64,000 bases of DNA, taken from the NCBI GenBank assembly GCA_963803045.1, contig CAWDLC010000036.1, positions 69,999-133,998 on the forward strand, read 5' to 3'. The translations under genes and the position numbers were made by a program. Position 1 is the first letter of the stretch. Each line of letters starts with the position of its first letter. Below the pieces are notes generated by a model, which made no database searches, was not told the DNA's origin, and saw only the letters and a list, made by a program, of their open reading frames with translations. This document shows, piece by piece, positions 27,015 to 36,688 of this stretch. The DNA is from Candidatus Binataceae bacterium (GTDB lineage: Bacteria; Desulfobacterota; Binatia; Binatales; Binataceae).

Positions 27015-29306
27015 ATGGATCTGCAAGTCATTCTGTTGTTGGTCGCTGGACTGTTGATCGCGGTCGCGCTCACCGCGCCGCTGGCTGATCGCCTCGGTTT
27101 GTCGCCGACCGTCCTGCTGGCATTGGTCGGCATAGCGATCGGACTGACGTCGATGTACCTGATGCGCGCTGAAGGCCTCGGCAGGTTCGCTTCGGTGGCA
27201 AACGTGATCGTCAATCTGCCGGTTCATCCCGACGCGTTCCTCTACATCTTCTTGCCGATCTTGGTGTTCGACGCCGCGTTGAACATCGAGGTGCGGCGCA
27301 TGATGGAAGACGCCGCGCCGATTCTGCTGCTGGCGGTCGTGGCGGTGCTGGTTGCCACCGTCACAATCGGCGCGGCGCTAATCCCGCTGGTGGCCGTTCC
27401 AGCCACCGCTTGCTTCATGCTGGGTTCGATCGTGGCCACCACCGATCCGGTCGCGGTGATCGCCATCTTCCGCGATGTCGGCGCGCCGTCGCGCCTGAAC
27501 CGGCTGGTCGAAGGCGAAAGCCTTCTGAACGACGCCGTCGCCATCACGCTATTCGTAATGTTCATGGGGACCTTGATCGGCGGGCAGCGACTCGGTTTGG
27601 GTGCTGCGGCAGTGAGTTTCGTACGTAGCTTCGCGGGCGGCATCGCCGTTGGCTATATTGGCGCACGCCTCATCGCGGGTGTCCTGCGATGGCTGCTCGA
27701 CATGCGTTTGGCGCAGGTTACGCTGACACTCGCGCTGCCGTATCTCGTCTACATCGTCGCCGAGCGGCAGCTGGGGGTTTCCGGAGTAGTTGCAACCCTG
27801 ACCTCGGGCCTTGTGATGAGCGGGATGGCGCAGCGGCGCATGTCGCCGGATGACTGGCATTTTCTGCACGAGCTATGGGAGCAGTTGGCATTCTGGGCCA
27901 GCTCGTTGATTTTCGTTTTCGCCTCACTGCTCGTCCCGCGGATGCTGTTCAACATAGGTTGGCACGACATGGTGTTGCTCGCCGTGCTGATCGGCGCGGC
28001 GATGTTGGCGCGCGCGGTCGTTGTGTTCGGCTTACTTCCTCTGATGGCCACGTTGCACCTGAGCCAGACCGTCAGCAATCGTTTCAAGGCTGTAATTCTT
28101 TGGGGCGGTTTGCGCGGCGCACTCACGCTGGTGCTGGCGCTCTCGGTGACTGAGAACACCAAGATCGCGCCGGATGTTCAACGCTTCGTCGCCATCCTCG
28201 CGACTGGTTTTGTCCTCTTCACGTTGCTCGTCAATGGCACGACGCTTCGGTTGCTGATTCGTCTTGTTGGCCTCGATCGGCTTTCCACGGTCGACCAGGC
28301 GCTGCGCGATCAAGTACTGAGACTGTCGCGCGATCGCATTTCAGACACCGTAAGGACAATCGGTACCGACTATGAATTCCCTGACGCTCTCATCTCCGAT
28401 GTGATTCGCAACCGCGCCGTCGCCGAACCCGACTTGCCCACTGATGGTGCGGCGCTGCGCTCCGGCGATGCCGGCGACTACCAGCTCCTCCTCGGTCTGG
28501 CCGCGCTAGCCAGTCACGAGCGCGAGCTCGTGTTGCATCATTTTGGCGAACGAACCATGTCCGGACGCATCGTCGAGGAGATGCTCGCCTTTGTCGGACG
28601 GCTGGTCGATCGCATTCGTGCGGGGGACCCGGCTGAGTATCTCCGCACCGCGAGACACATTGTCGATTTCTCGCCGCGGTTTCGATTTGCTCTCTGGGCC
28701 CACCGCCATCTCAGGATTGAGGGACCGCTGGTCGATCGCCTCGCCGATCGCTTCGAGTCTCTGTTGGTCCAGCAAATCGTGCTGAAGGAGCTCGAACCTT
28801 ACATCGAAGAAAAGTTGGTGCCGCTGTTGGGCGAGAAGGTGGCGTCGATGCTGCGCGAGGTGCTGCGCGGCCGTCACGAAATGACCGGCGCGGCGCTGGA
28901 CGCATTGCGCCAGCAGTATCCCGCGTATGCCGAGGAACTCGAACGGCGCATCCTGCACAAAACCTGGCTGCGCCGCGAAGACGTGGAATACCGCACCCTG
29001 TTCGAAGACGGTGTGATTGGTCCCGAGCTGTATAGCGCCCTGCGCCGCGAGGTGAAGCTCACCCGCACCGAGGTCGAGGTGCGGCCGCGTCTCGATCTCG
29101 GTCTTGAGACCCGGCAGCTCATTTCCAAGGTGCCGATATTTGCCAAGCTCACCAAGGTGCAGCTCGATACCATGGCGCGCCTGTTGCGGCCGCGGTTCGC
29201 AGTTCCCGGCGAGCAGCTCATTCGTGACGGCGACCACGCCGACGCGATGTACTTCATCTCGTCGGGCAGCGTGGAGGTGGAAGTGTGGGTCAGAAGATCC
29301 GGCTGA
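27015..29306 (+). CDS. CPA1 (NhaP-type) Na+(K+)/H+ antiporter with long cytoplasmic tail and the start of a cNMP-binding domain
   Basis: About 400-aa polytopic domain (ATTDPVAV, ESLLNDA motifs). The tail ends ..FAKLTKVQLDTMARLLRPRFAVPGEQLIRDGDHADAMYFISSGSVEVEV. ATG at 27015 (MDLQVILLL). Confidence 0.8.
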   Translation: MDLQVILLLVAGLLIAVALTAPLADRLGLSPTVLLALVGIAIGLTSMYLMRAEGLGRFASVANVIVNLPVHPDAFLYIFLPILVFDAALNIEVRRMMEDAAPILLLAVVAVLVATVTIGAALIPLVAVPATACFMLGSIVATTDPVAVIAIFRDVGAPSRLNRLVEGESLLNDAVAITLFVMFMGTLIGGQRLGLGAAAVSFVRSFAGGIAVGYIGARLIAGVLRWLLDMRLAQVTLTLALPYLVYIVAERQLGVSGVVATLTSGLVMSGMAQRRMSPDDWHFLHELWEQLAFWASSLIFVFASLLVPRMLFNIGWHDMVLLAVLIGAAMLARAVVVFGLLPLMATLHLSQTVSNRFKAVILWGGLRGALTLVLALSVTENTKIAPDVQRFVAILATGFVLFTLLVNGTTLRLLIRLVGLDRLSTVDQALRDQVLRLSRDRISDTVRTIGTDYEFPDALISDVIRNRAVAEPDLPTDGAALRSGDAGDYQLLLGLAALASHERELVLHHFGERTMSGRIVEEMLAFVGRLVDRIRAGDPAEYLRTARHIVDFSPRFRFALWAHRHLRIEGPLVDRLADRFESLLVQQIVLKELEPYIEEKLVPLLGEKVASMLREVLRGRHEMTGAALDALRQQYPAYAEELERRILHKTWLRREDVEYRTLFEDGVIGPELYSALRREVKLTRTEVEVRPRLDLGLETRQLISKVPIFAKLTKVQLDTMARLLRPRFAVPGEQLIRDGDHADAMYFISSGSVEVEVWVRRSG

Positions 29307-29521
29307 ACCCCGGCGACTTCTTCGGCGAGATGGGGCTCGTTACCGGCCAGCGCCGCCAGGGAGATGTCCACGCGCGCGGCTACTGTCAGCTCCTGGTACT
29401 AAGAGAGGTGGACTTCAAAAATCTCTTGCGAAGCGATCACGACATCCAAATGCAAATCGCCACGGTGGCAAGCGCACGCAGCATGATGAACCAGCGCGCA
29501 AGCGGCGTGAGATCGGAATAG
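29285..29521 (+). pseudogene. remainder of the cNMP-binding domain in a shifted frame
   Basis: GQKIRLNPGDFFGEMGLVTGQRRQGDVHARGYCQLLVLREVDF completes the beta-roll started at about 29150. Frame change at about 29286. Confidence 0.7.
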
Positions 29522-30350
29522 GGTGCGTGATGAAATTCTGATCATGTGACAGGTGCTGCGCGGCGACCGCCCGCAGCCCGTCGGTAAAATACGGATCACC
29601 TGTCCCTTATATGGACCCAGCCCCGAGCGAAAGTAGTTGCCGGATGAGAGTGAAGCCGCGACGCTGTGGCACCAGGCTAGTATCGTCCGCATCTTTCTCG
29701 ATGAACTTGAGGAACGCGCGAAGAAAACGCTAGGAGAGCACGAATTGCCGGCGGAGACTCGCGATTGGTTCAGTTGGGCTCGAAACCGAACCGACGCAGC
29801 CGATCCGGTTCTGAGAACGGCCGATAAATCGGTCGCTGAGAATTCCTCGCTACACGAGTGGAGCTATCGCGATCACTGAGCCCCCTTGGCAGATAGCGCG
29901 GTCGTCCCAGACTCTATGTTGAGTGACTGGCAAATTTTGGTTTCGAGCCAGACGATGCGACGGGGCAGGGCGAACCACCCGAGTGACGGGAGTTGTCTCG
30001 CGAACGGATTGAAAAATGCTTAGAGTTTGGCTAGCCGCGCGCCGAGCGTTTCGACCAACCCGGCGGGATCTCATCAATCCATTCCTGAATCTGCTCGGGG
30101 TGGTACCCACGGCGCACGCGTGATAAGTGGGCTTGGGCGACTCGTAGGGGAACACCGTATGAGCACATCATTGCAACCATCCGTAAGACGTCGCGGCCTG
30201 TTCCTCACGATCATGGCCGTGTGCTCGCAATTCTGGCAGTTTCCGACTTCACCAAGGCGCTGCAACACATGCGCAACCCTGGTTTAGGATTGTGGTACTG
30301 GGAGATCGATTCAGGCGCATCCGCGCGAACGTCTTAAATTAATTATCTCC

Positions 30351-31202
30351 ATGGCCAGACGGTTCGTAAACCGCGCCGACCGCATCGTGCGCACGCGATT
30401 GCGGGAACCTATCGGCTTCCAGTCCCTGACCGAGAACCGCGCCATTCGCCTGTCGTCCGTCACGGAGTACACCGGGCGCTCGCACTTCATGCCGTGGAAT
30501 TCCATTCTCGGGGGCGTGCACGATTTTACGAATATGGCGGGCATCTTCACACCGCTGGTTTTCGTCGAGATCGAAACTACCGACGCACCGTGCGACACGA
30601 ACGTAAAGGTCGAGGTTCGCGGAGAATCGTTTCTCGGCCGCGCGCTCGATGAATCCGGCGGGGTGCGCAATCTCGTCCGCGAAGGCAATCATACTGTGAT
30701 AGACGCTCGCGGCACGATCCTAGCGCGGGCGCGGATGCTCAACGTCCTCACGCGCTACGATCCCGATCCGGCGCGGCGCCGAGTCACGTCGCTTCCTCCC
30801 GAGCTTGGATTGGGCAGCCAGCCCGAGCGGGTGATCGAAGTTCTGCGCATCGAGAGCTTGCTCGATCTCGCGTGCAAGCCCGATTTCGAAGACGCGCGCG
30901 ATCACGTCTGGCACTATGGCCAGACCGATCCCAACCGGCACGTGAACGGAACCGCGTATCTCCGAGCGATGGAGGAATTCGTGGCCGACTCGCTTTACGG
31001 CGCCGGACATGATCTCAAGCGGCTGTTCGCGGCTCGCGCGCGGATCGTGTATCGCAAGCCGTGCTTTCGCGGCGAGGCGTATCGGCGCAGGGCATGGTTC
31101 AGCAGCGAGGCTCCGCTCGTGTTGGCAGGCGCGTTCTTCAAAGATGGCGACGATCAGCCCGCTGCGGCGATTGAACTGACACTACTGCAGCATTCCGCGT
31201 AG
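30351..31202 (+). CDS. acyl-ACP thioesterase-like (double hotdog) protein
   Basis: 283 aa. YGQTDPNRHVNGTAYLRAMEEF resembles the D.N.HVNN..Y motif of acyl-ACP thioesterases. Confidence 0.5.
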   Translation: MARRFVNRADRIVRTRLREPIGFQSLTENRAIRLSSVTEYTGRSHFMPWNSILGGVHDFTNMAGIFTPLVFVEIETTDAPCDTNVKVEVRGESFLGRALDESGGVRNLVREGNHTVIDARGTILARARMLNVLTRYDPDPARRRVTSLPPELGLGSQPERVIEVLRIESLLDLACKPDFEDARDHVWHYGQTDPNRHVNGTAYLRAMEEFVADSLYGAGHDLKRLFAARARIVYRKPCFRGEAYRRRAWFSSEAPLVLAGAFFKDGDDQPAAAIELTLLQHSA

Positions 31203-31755
31203 GCGGAACCGGCGAGGAATTCAGCCCATCAAGGGTGAATTCGTAAAGCGCACGCTCGCTGAGTAGCGCAGCGGGTCAACCCGCGTGATGCGCCTTGAGC
31301 CCCGCGTCGGGCGTCTGATCGAGGTAGTCGACGCCACTGCTTGAACGCCAGGTGGGAAGACTCTTCATGCCATGGACAGTCGCTAACGCGTTGGCGATCG
31401 CAAACGGTCGCGAAGAGTTCAGCGTAGAGTTGGCGGGCAAGACCTGGACCCAGAAACCGCAGAAGTATCACGCTAAATTCCTGAGCGCTCTGCGCGGGAA
31501 GTACACTGCGTTGCCTGACAAGAGTGCAATCGACGCGGTGCTGCAAAAGACCGGATGTCTCGCAGCCCTTCGCGAATGACGAACTGATTCCGCAACTGAG
31601 ATTTAGGGTTCCTTTTCTTTGGAACGCACAGGAACGAAGGATCGGAATCTCTTACGGCTTGCGTTTTAAGATAGTGCTCGACGAAGTCTATAGTCACACG
31701 CTGGCCGAGCGCCCGCTGCGGCCTGACACCGCAATCATTGTGAGAGGAACCGCCA

Positions 31756-32133
31756 ATGATCAAACTTGTCTATGTAGTCCGAAAGCGCAAAGAGGTCTCG
31801 GAAAAGGACTTCCACGAGCACTGGCTCAAGAAGCACGGACCGCTGGTGCGCGGCTTCGCGAAGGCGATGCGCGCCAAGAAATACGTGCAGAGTCATACCG
31901 TGTTCGAAGACGCGGGCAAACAAATTCGCGCTACCCGCAAAATGACCGAGACCTACGACGGGATCACCGAAGTATGGTGGGACACACTCGAGGATTTTAG
32001 TTCGGGCGGCGATCCCAAAGAACGCGCTGAGGCGGCGCGCGCGCTGCTCGAAGATGAATCGAAGTTTGTCGATTTCGAGCGCTCGTCGATTTTCCTCACC
32101 GAAGAGCACGAGATCTTCGACTATACGAAATAG
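31756..32133 (+). CDS. EthD domain protein
   Basis: MIKLVYVVRKRKEVSEKDFHEHWLKKHGPLV.. and a typical EthD family length. Confidence 0.7.
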   Translation: MIKLVYVVRKRKEVSEKDFHEHWLKKHGPLVRGFAKAMRAKKYVQSHTVFEDAGKQIRATRKMTETYDGITEVWWDTLEDFSSGGDPKERAEAARALLEDESKFVDFERSSIFLTEEHEIFDYTK

Positions 32134-32148
32134 TCAAAACAGCTGAAT

Positions 32149-32190
32149 CTCAAAACTCTGGACTTTTCGCCGCCTTCGGAGTTTTGGCAG
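32149..32190 (+). repeat. dispersed hairpin repeat, copy 1
   Basis: CAAAACTC-TGGACTTTTCGCCGCCTTCG-GAGTTTTG. Lies between the convergent EthD and AKR genes. Confidence 0.6.
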
Positions 32191-32235
32191 GCACAACGCC
32201 GGACGACGGGTCGAAGCGATGTACACCGCGATCGG

Positions 32236-33288
32236 CTAGCTCTTTGCCGGCGAGTTCTGCTGCACCATCATCGTCGTCAGTTGCCGCGCCATCCGCATAA
32301 AGTCGTGCGGATACGGCAGGCGCGGTTCGCTGGCCGCGTCGATCCGCTCAACGGTATCGTTGGGAAGCACAACGTCGAGCGCAGCCAGGTTATCCTTCAG
32401 TTGCTGTTCGGATTTCGGCCCCATGATCGGCGAGACGATGCCTGGACGCGCCAAGTTCCACGCGAGTGCAAGTGCGATCGGCGACACATTGAGCTTGCCG
32501 GCTTCTTCGAGCACCACCGAAACGATGGCGTGATTACGCTCGTTGAGCGCGCGCGTGCGCCACACGCGCTGAAACGGTCCCGGCGCCGCGAACCGCGTGC
32601 CCTGTTGCGGTTCTTCGCCGGGCTTGTACTTGCCGGTGAGCATGCCGCCGGCCAGCGGGCTCCACGGAATCACGCCGAGCCCGAACTTGCGGCAAGCGGG
32701 CAGGATCTCGACTTCGATATCGCGGGTCAGAATGCTGTACTGCGGCTGCAGGCTCACCAGCGGCTCCCAACCCTTCGCAGCGATGATCGAGCAGGCCTCC
32801 ACGATCTGCGACGCGGTCCAATTCGACACGCCGAGGTAACGCACTTTGCCCTGGCGGACCAAGTCGTTCAGCGTGCTGAGCGTCTCCTCGAGCGGAGTGG
32901 TCTCGTCGTATCGATGCATCTGATAGAGATCGATGTACTCGGTGTCGAGCCTGCGCAGACTGTCCTCGCATGCCTTCATGACGTGCTTGCGGCTTGACCC
33001 TGAATCAAACGGACCCGGTCCGAGCGGTGACGCCGCCTTCGTTGCGATGACGACGGCATCGCGCCGGTTCTTCACCGCCTTGCCCACGATCGTCTCCGAC
33101 TTGGTGCCGGAGTAAACGTTCGCGGTGTCGATGAAGTTGTGTCCGGCGTTCAGATACGCATGAATGATCGCTATCGACGTCTTCTCGTCGCAGCCAAACT
33201 GCTCGTTGCCGAAGTTCATCGCCCCCAAGCACAGCGGCGACACGCGCAGCCCCGACCGACCCAGATTCCTCAAACCCATTGATGCCAT
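32236..33288 (-). CDS. aldo/keto reductase
   Basis: MASMGLRNLGRSGLRVSPLCLGAMNFG..IDTANVYS..GKVRYLGVSNW.. Intact, 350 aa. Confidence 0.9.
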   Translation of the reverse strand: MASMGLRNLGRSGLRVSPLCLGAMNFGNEQFGCDEKTSIAIIHAYLNAGHNFIDTANVYSGTKSETIVGKAVKNRRDAVVIATKAASPLGPGPFDSGSSRKHVMKACEDSLRRLDTEYIDLYQMHRYDETTPLEETLSTLNDLVRQGKVRYLGVSNWTASQIVEACSIIAAKGWEPLVSLQPQYSILTRDIEVEILPACRKFGLGVIPWSPLAGGMLTGKYKPGEEPQQGTRFAAPGPFQRVWRTRALNERNHAIVSVVLEEAGKLNVSPIALALAWNLARPGIVSPIMGPKSEQQLKDNLAALDVVLPNDTVERIDAASEPRLPYPHDFMRMARQLTTMMVQQNSPAKS

Positions 33289-33351
33289 TTTGCCAATTCC
33301 TCCGATGAGTTTTCATCGCGGCGCGGGTGAGCCGAATGCCCATGCCAACCA

Positions 33352-33390
33352 CTAAAAACTCCGAAAGCGGCGAAAAGTCCATAGTTTTCG
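33352..33390 (-). repeat. dispersed hairpin repeat, copy 2 (inside duplication arm A)
   Basis: The plus strand reads CTAAAAACTCCGAAAGCGGCGAAAAGTCCATAGTTTT, the reverse complement of the consensus. Confidence 0.6.
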
Positions 33391-33559
33391 TATGGTCCGA
33401 AGTCCAGCTTTTCCGACCGGCCCCTCACGTCATTAATGTGCTTATGTCCGTATTGAGCGTTTGCCAAGCCATCTCCAAGACTCAGGATCCCGGAGGAATG
33501 CAGATCTTCTCCGAAAGCAATTTGCGCAAGCCATTGTGTTGTCTCAGGGAGGACGTTCT

Positions 33560-33928
33560 ATGCAGCGGCAAATAGTTCGGTTAACCCGACAAGAATTGTA
33601 CGAGAAGATGTGGTCGCGACCGGCGATCGCTCTCGCTAAAGAATTTGGAATCAGCGGATGCGGCCTGGGCAAGATTTGCAGTCGCTTCGAGATTCCCGTC
33701 CCTCCCCGCGGTTACTGGGCGAAACTTGCGGCAGGAAAGCATGTGACCAGGGCCCCGCTTCCGACCGCAAAATCTGACCTCCCTTCAGAAATCTTGATTC
33801 AGCCCTCGCCAGAGGGCCCTCATGCCCCCGGGGGCACGCTCTCGCGGTCGGGACGACGCCAAATCCATGGAGTAGAAAAAATCGCGGCGGCTAAATTCCA
33901 TCCCAGTACGCTGGCTGCTTGGCCTTGA
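33560..33928 (+). CDS. hypothetical protein
   Basis: ATG at 33560 after AGGGAGG. MQRQIVRLTRQELYEKMWSRPAIALAKEFGISGCGLGKICSRFEIPVPPRGYWAKLAAGK.. Duplicated at 60930..61229. Confidence 0.55.
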   Translation: MQRQIVRLTRQELYEKMWSRPAIALAKEFGISGCGLGKICSRFEIPVPPRGYWAKLAAGKHVTRAPLPTAKSDLPSEILIQPSPEGPHAPGGTLSRSGRRQIHGVEKIAAAKFHPSTLAAWP

Positions 33929-34457
33929 CTAGTCTGCTCTGAAAATTGACGCGATTCGCTTAGGGTGCTGGCTTCACTCCAGGTTTTGTAACGGTCCTTG
34001 TAATCAGTCCTTCGTGTGAATCGGATGTTGGATTGCCGCAGTTTTCGCAGTCCCGTTTCACATGTCGCATTCCGAAAGGTCCAACCTCTGCGAATGCGGT
34101 CAACGGGTCTTTCTCCTGTGTGTGGCGCGAGACGCGCGGTCAGTTTTGATGGCATAAGCTATTGGGAGCGACCGACCGTACCAAATTATCCTGCCGTGAA
34201 CAGTAAATCCTTCCTCGCCGAGGCGGAAAGATTCCTTTCGACCTGGGGCATCGGGCACGATGAACTCCACAGCATCGTCGTGAACGCCTGTCGCCTCGCG
34301 AATTGAAAGTTTTGCTCGCCGCGAAACCAGGTTGTGGTTCCTCCTAAGTTAATCCGCGCGAATTCGTTGGTGGTTTCGATGGGCCGGCGATAGCCGGCGG
34401 TGCATGGCGATGCCGACAAGTGCAGAGGTTCCGGTCGCTCGAAGCGAACCTCGAACC

Positions 34458-34615
34458 CGCACTGAGCTGCTGTTGGAATCGATAGCCTTGCGGCACCAAA
34501 TAGCTGTGCTGGAGCGCAGCTGAACTTGTCCCCCGTGTTTTCGCTTATGGGATCGGCTCTCTTGGATAACGCTTCGAACACGAATAATTTGGCCGGTTGC
34601 ATTCGTGGGTACTTG
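34458..34615 (+). mobile_element. degenerate IS remnant (transposase N-terminal region, frameshifted)
   Basis: RTELLLESIALRHQIAVLERS* then ..RLWDRLSWITLRTRIIWP.. in another frame. Resembles the N-terminal segment of rve-type IS transposases (compare LEAEILVLRQEVIVLSRK at 39622). Confidence 0.4.
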
Positions 34616-34661
34616 AACGAATCCAGCTTCAAGCAGATCCAAGACGCGATCTCTCCTGTCA

Positions 34662-35060
34662 TCAGCGGATAAACGGCTCGAGCAGCATCTCCAGCTGAGT
34701 CCCGGCGGGCATGAGGTGCGCCGCTACCTTGGCGCCTTCGTCGGTCAATCGGATGCCGGCCTGCCATGATCTGTAGGCCACCACCCGCCGGCGCTTCGAT
34801 TTCCCGAGCTGATATCGCTCAGCTTGCGTGATGGCGGGACCGTGGACGACGCGGACCAACCCTCGCCTCTGCAGCCGCTGGCAGGCACGCGATATCGACG
34901 TGTTGACGGCGTTCGACGATCCGCTATTACGCAAAACTGATTTGATCTCAGCGAAAGATAGACCCGTCTTGGGATGGGCCGCTGCTCCTGCCCACCTCTT
35001 TATCAGCGTCCAACGTAGCAGCCACTTTTGCAGGGCGGACAATTTCCGCACCAAAACCAA
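34662..35060 (-). CDS. putative winged-helix DNA-binding protein
   Basis: 132 aa. ..GLSFAEIKSVL....VNTSISRACQRLQRRGLVRVV.. looks like HTH + wing. TTG/GTG start. Divergent from the ParB-methyltransferase gene. Confidence 0.4.
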   Translation of the reverse strand: MVLVRKLSALQKWLLRWTLIKRWAGAAAHPKTGLSFAEIKSVLRNSGSSNAVNTSISRACQRLQRRGLVRVVHGPAITQAERYQLGKSKRRRVVAYRSWQAGIRLTDEGAKVAAHLMPAGTQLEMLLEPFIR

Positions 35061-35248
35061 TATAACCGTTTTTGGCCTTTCCGACCAAATATGTCAATGC
35101 TTACGGTTCTTTTATGCCCTGTTTCCGGTCGCTTTTAGTCCGCCTCCCCCAAGAATCCGGCATGCCTAGATCAGGCACGCGGCAGATTCGCTATCGTCTC
35201 GATCAATGGAGTCTCATCGACATGCGTCGAGATTAGGAGCAAGAAGAT

Positions 35249-36688
35249 ATGACCGCGTTACCAGCCAAGAGCATCGTAAGTAATTCCTTCGACCATCACG
35301 CAGACAGCAGCAGTCGACCCCGCGCCGTACACAGTGGGCAGGTAGGTGACAAGGCTGCTGGCGCTGTGACGGTCGTCTACCGCCGCATCGACGAGTTGCG
35401 ACTCGACCCTGAGAACCCCCGCGATCACAGCGCCAGGCAGATCCGACAAATCGCCCGCAGCATCGAGGCTTTCGGATTCAATTGCCCGGTGCTGGTGGAC
35501 GCCACTCTCAAAGTGATCGCTGGCCATGGCCGATTGCTGGCGGCTCGGTTGCTCGGCTGGAACGAGGTACCAACTATCTGTTTGTCGCATCTGTCCGAGG
35601 CGCAGGCGCGGGCGTACATGATCGCCGACAACCGGCTGACTGAGAACTCGGCTTGGGACGAAAACCTGCTCGCCAAGCAGCTCAAGGATCTCGCGGAGCT
35701 CGACCTCGATTTTAGTCTCGAGGCAACCGGCTTCGAGATGGGTGAGATCGACCTGCACATCGAACAATTGAATGCGGACTCCGAGGGTAAACCGGACGCA
35801 GCTGACGACCTGTCCGGTCTTTCGAACGGCCCTGCAGTATCACGACCAGGCGATTTGTGGCTGCTGCGAGGAAGCCGGGTCTACTGCGGCAGCGCCCTGG
35901 ATGCATCGGCGTATGCAACTCTGATGGACGGTGACTGTGCGGACGCGATTTTTACCGACCCTCCGTACAACGTCCGAATCAATGGCAACGTGAGCGGGCT
36001 TGGGACGGTGCAACATCGAGAGTTCGCCATGGCCTCGGGTGAAATGACCGAGGCCGAGTTCACCGGATTTCTGACCAATGCCCTCTCTCTTTTCGCCCGC
36101 AACAGCGCTGATGGTTCTCTGCACTTCATCTGCATGGACTGGCGGCATTTGTCGGAAATGCTGGCGGCTGGCAAGGCAACCTACTCCGAGCTCATGAACC
36201 TGTGCGTCTGGGCCAAGGACAACGCTGGGATGGGCTCTTTCTATCGAAGTCAGCACGAACTCATTTTCGTTTTCAAGAACGGCCGCGCGAAGCACCGCAA
36301 CAACGTCCAGCTAGGGCGGTTCGGACGCAACCGCACAAACGTGTGGCGCTACCCAAGCGCACACTCGCTCTCACGCTCGGGAGACGAGGGGAACCTGCTC
36401 GCGATGCATCCGACGGTGAAGCCGGTTGCAATGGTCGCAGACGCCATCATGGACTGTACTGCGAGAAGGGACGTCGTGCTGGACGGATTTCTGAGCAGCG
36501 GATCCACCGTGATCGCCGCCGAGCGCACAGCGCGGCGCTGTTACGGGTTCGAACTGGACCCTCTTTATGTCGATACGATTGTTCGTCGGTGGCAGTCTTT
36601 CACTCGAGACAGTGCGCAGCACGGCGCGAGTGGCCGATCGTTTGATCAAATGGAAGCGGAGGTGGAGGCAAGTGGAAAACGACAGTAA
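35249..36688 (+). CDS. ParB-like nuclease domain fused to N6A/N4C DNA methyltransferase (beta class)
   Basis: ParB-N: LDPENPRDH...IAGHGRLLAA. MTase motif IV IFTDPPYN before motif I VLDGFLSSGST. Confidence 0.85.
   Translation: MTALPAKSIVSNSFDHHADSSSRPRAVHSGQVGDKAAGAVTVVYRRIDELRLDPENPRDHSARQIRQIARSIEAFGFNCPVLVDATLKVIAGHGRLLAARLLGWNEVPTICLSHLSEAQARAYMIADNRLTENSAWDENLLAKQLKDLAELDLDFSLEATGFEMGEIDLHIEQLNADSEGKPDAADDLSGLSNGPAVSRPGDLWLLRGSRVYCGSALDASAYATLMDGDCADAIFTDPPYNVRINGNVSGLGTVQHREFAMASGEMTEAEFTGFLTNALSLFARNSADGSLHFICMDWRHLSEMLAAGKATYSELMNLCVWAKDNAGMGSFYRSQHELIFVFKNGRAKHRNNVQLGRFGRNRTNVWRYPSAHSLSRSGDEGNLLAMHPTVKPVAMVADAIMDCTARRDVVLDGFLSSGSTVIAAERTARRCYGFELDPLYVDTIVRRWQSFTRDSAQHGASGRSFDQMEAEVEASGKRQ

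Larger units (their letters stand above)
32169..33819. repeat. 1.65-kb inverted duplication, arm A (partner 60969-62619)
   Basis: Covers the AKR gene, its upstream region and the first ~87 codons of 33560..33928. About nine in ten positions are identical to arm B by eye. Confidence 0.8.

Noticed and set aside
29522-30350. Several 60-100-aa ORFs (29637..29879, 29850..30155, 30027..30287) and a stem (GACAGGTG..CACCTGTC at about 29547-29605) after the antiporter
   Set aside because: No motif, no RBS evidence and mutually overlapping frames. The stem may simply be a terminator-like structure. The region is left unannotated.
31229-31755. Small ORFs between the thioesterase-like and EthD genes (for example 31352..31579)
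   Set aside because: The composition is plausible, but there is no recognisable family and the frames overlap. This could be a gene remnant, and the evidence is insufficient.
34186-34767. 193-aa minus-strand ORF
   Set aside because: It runs antisense to the degenerate IS remnant and overlaps the wHTH gene. It has no start context or motif.
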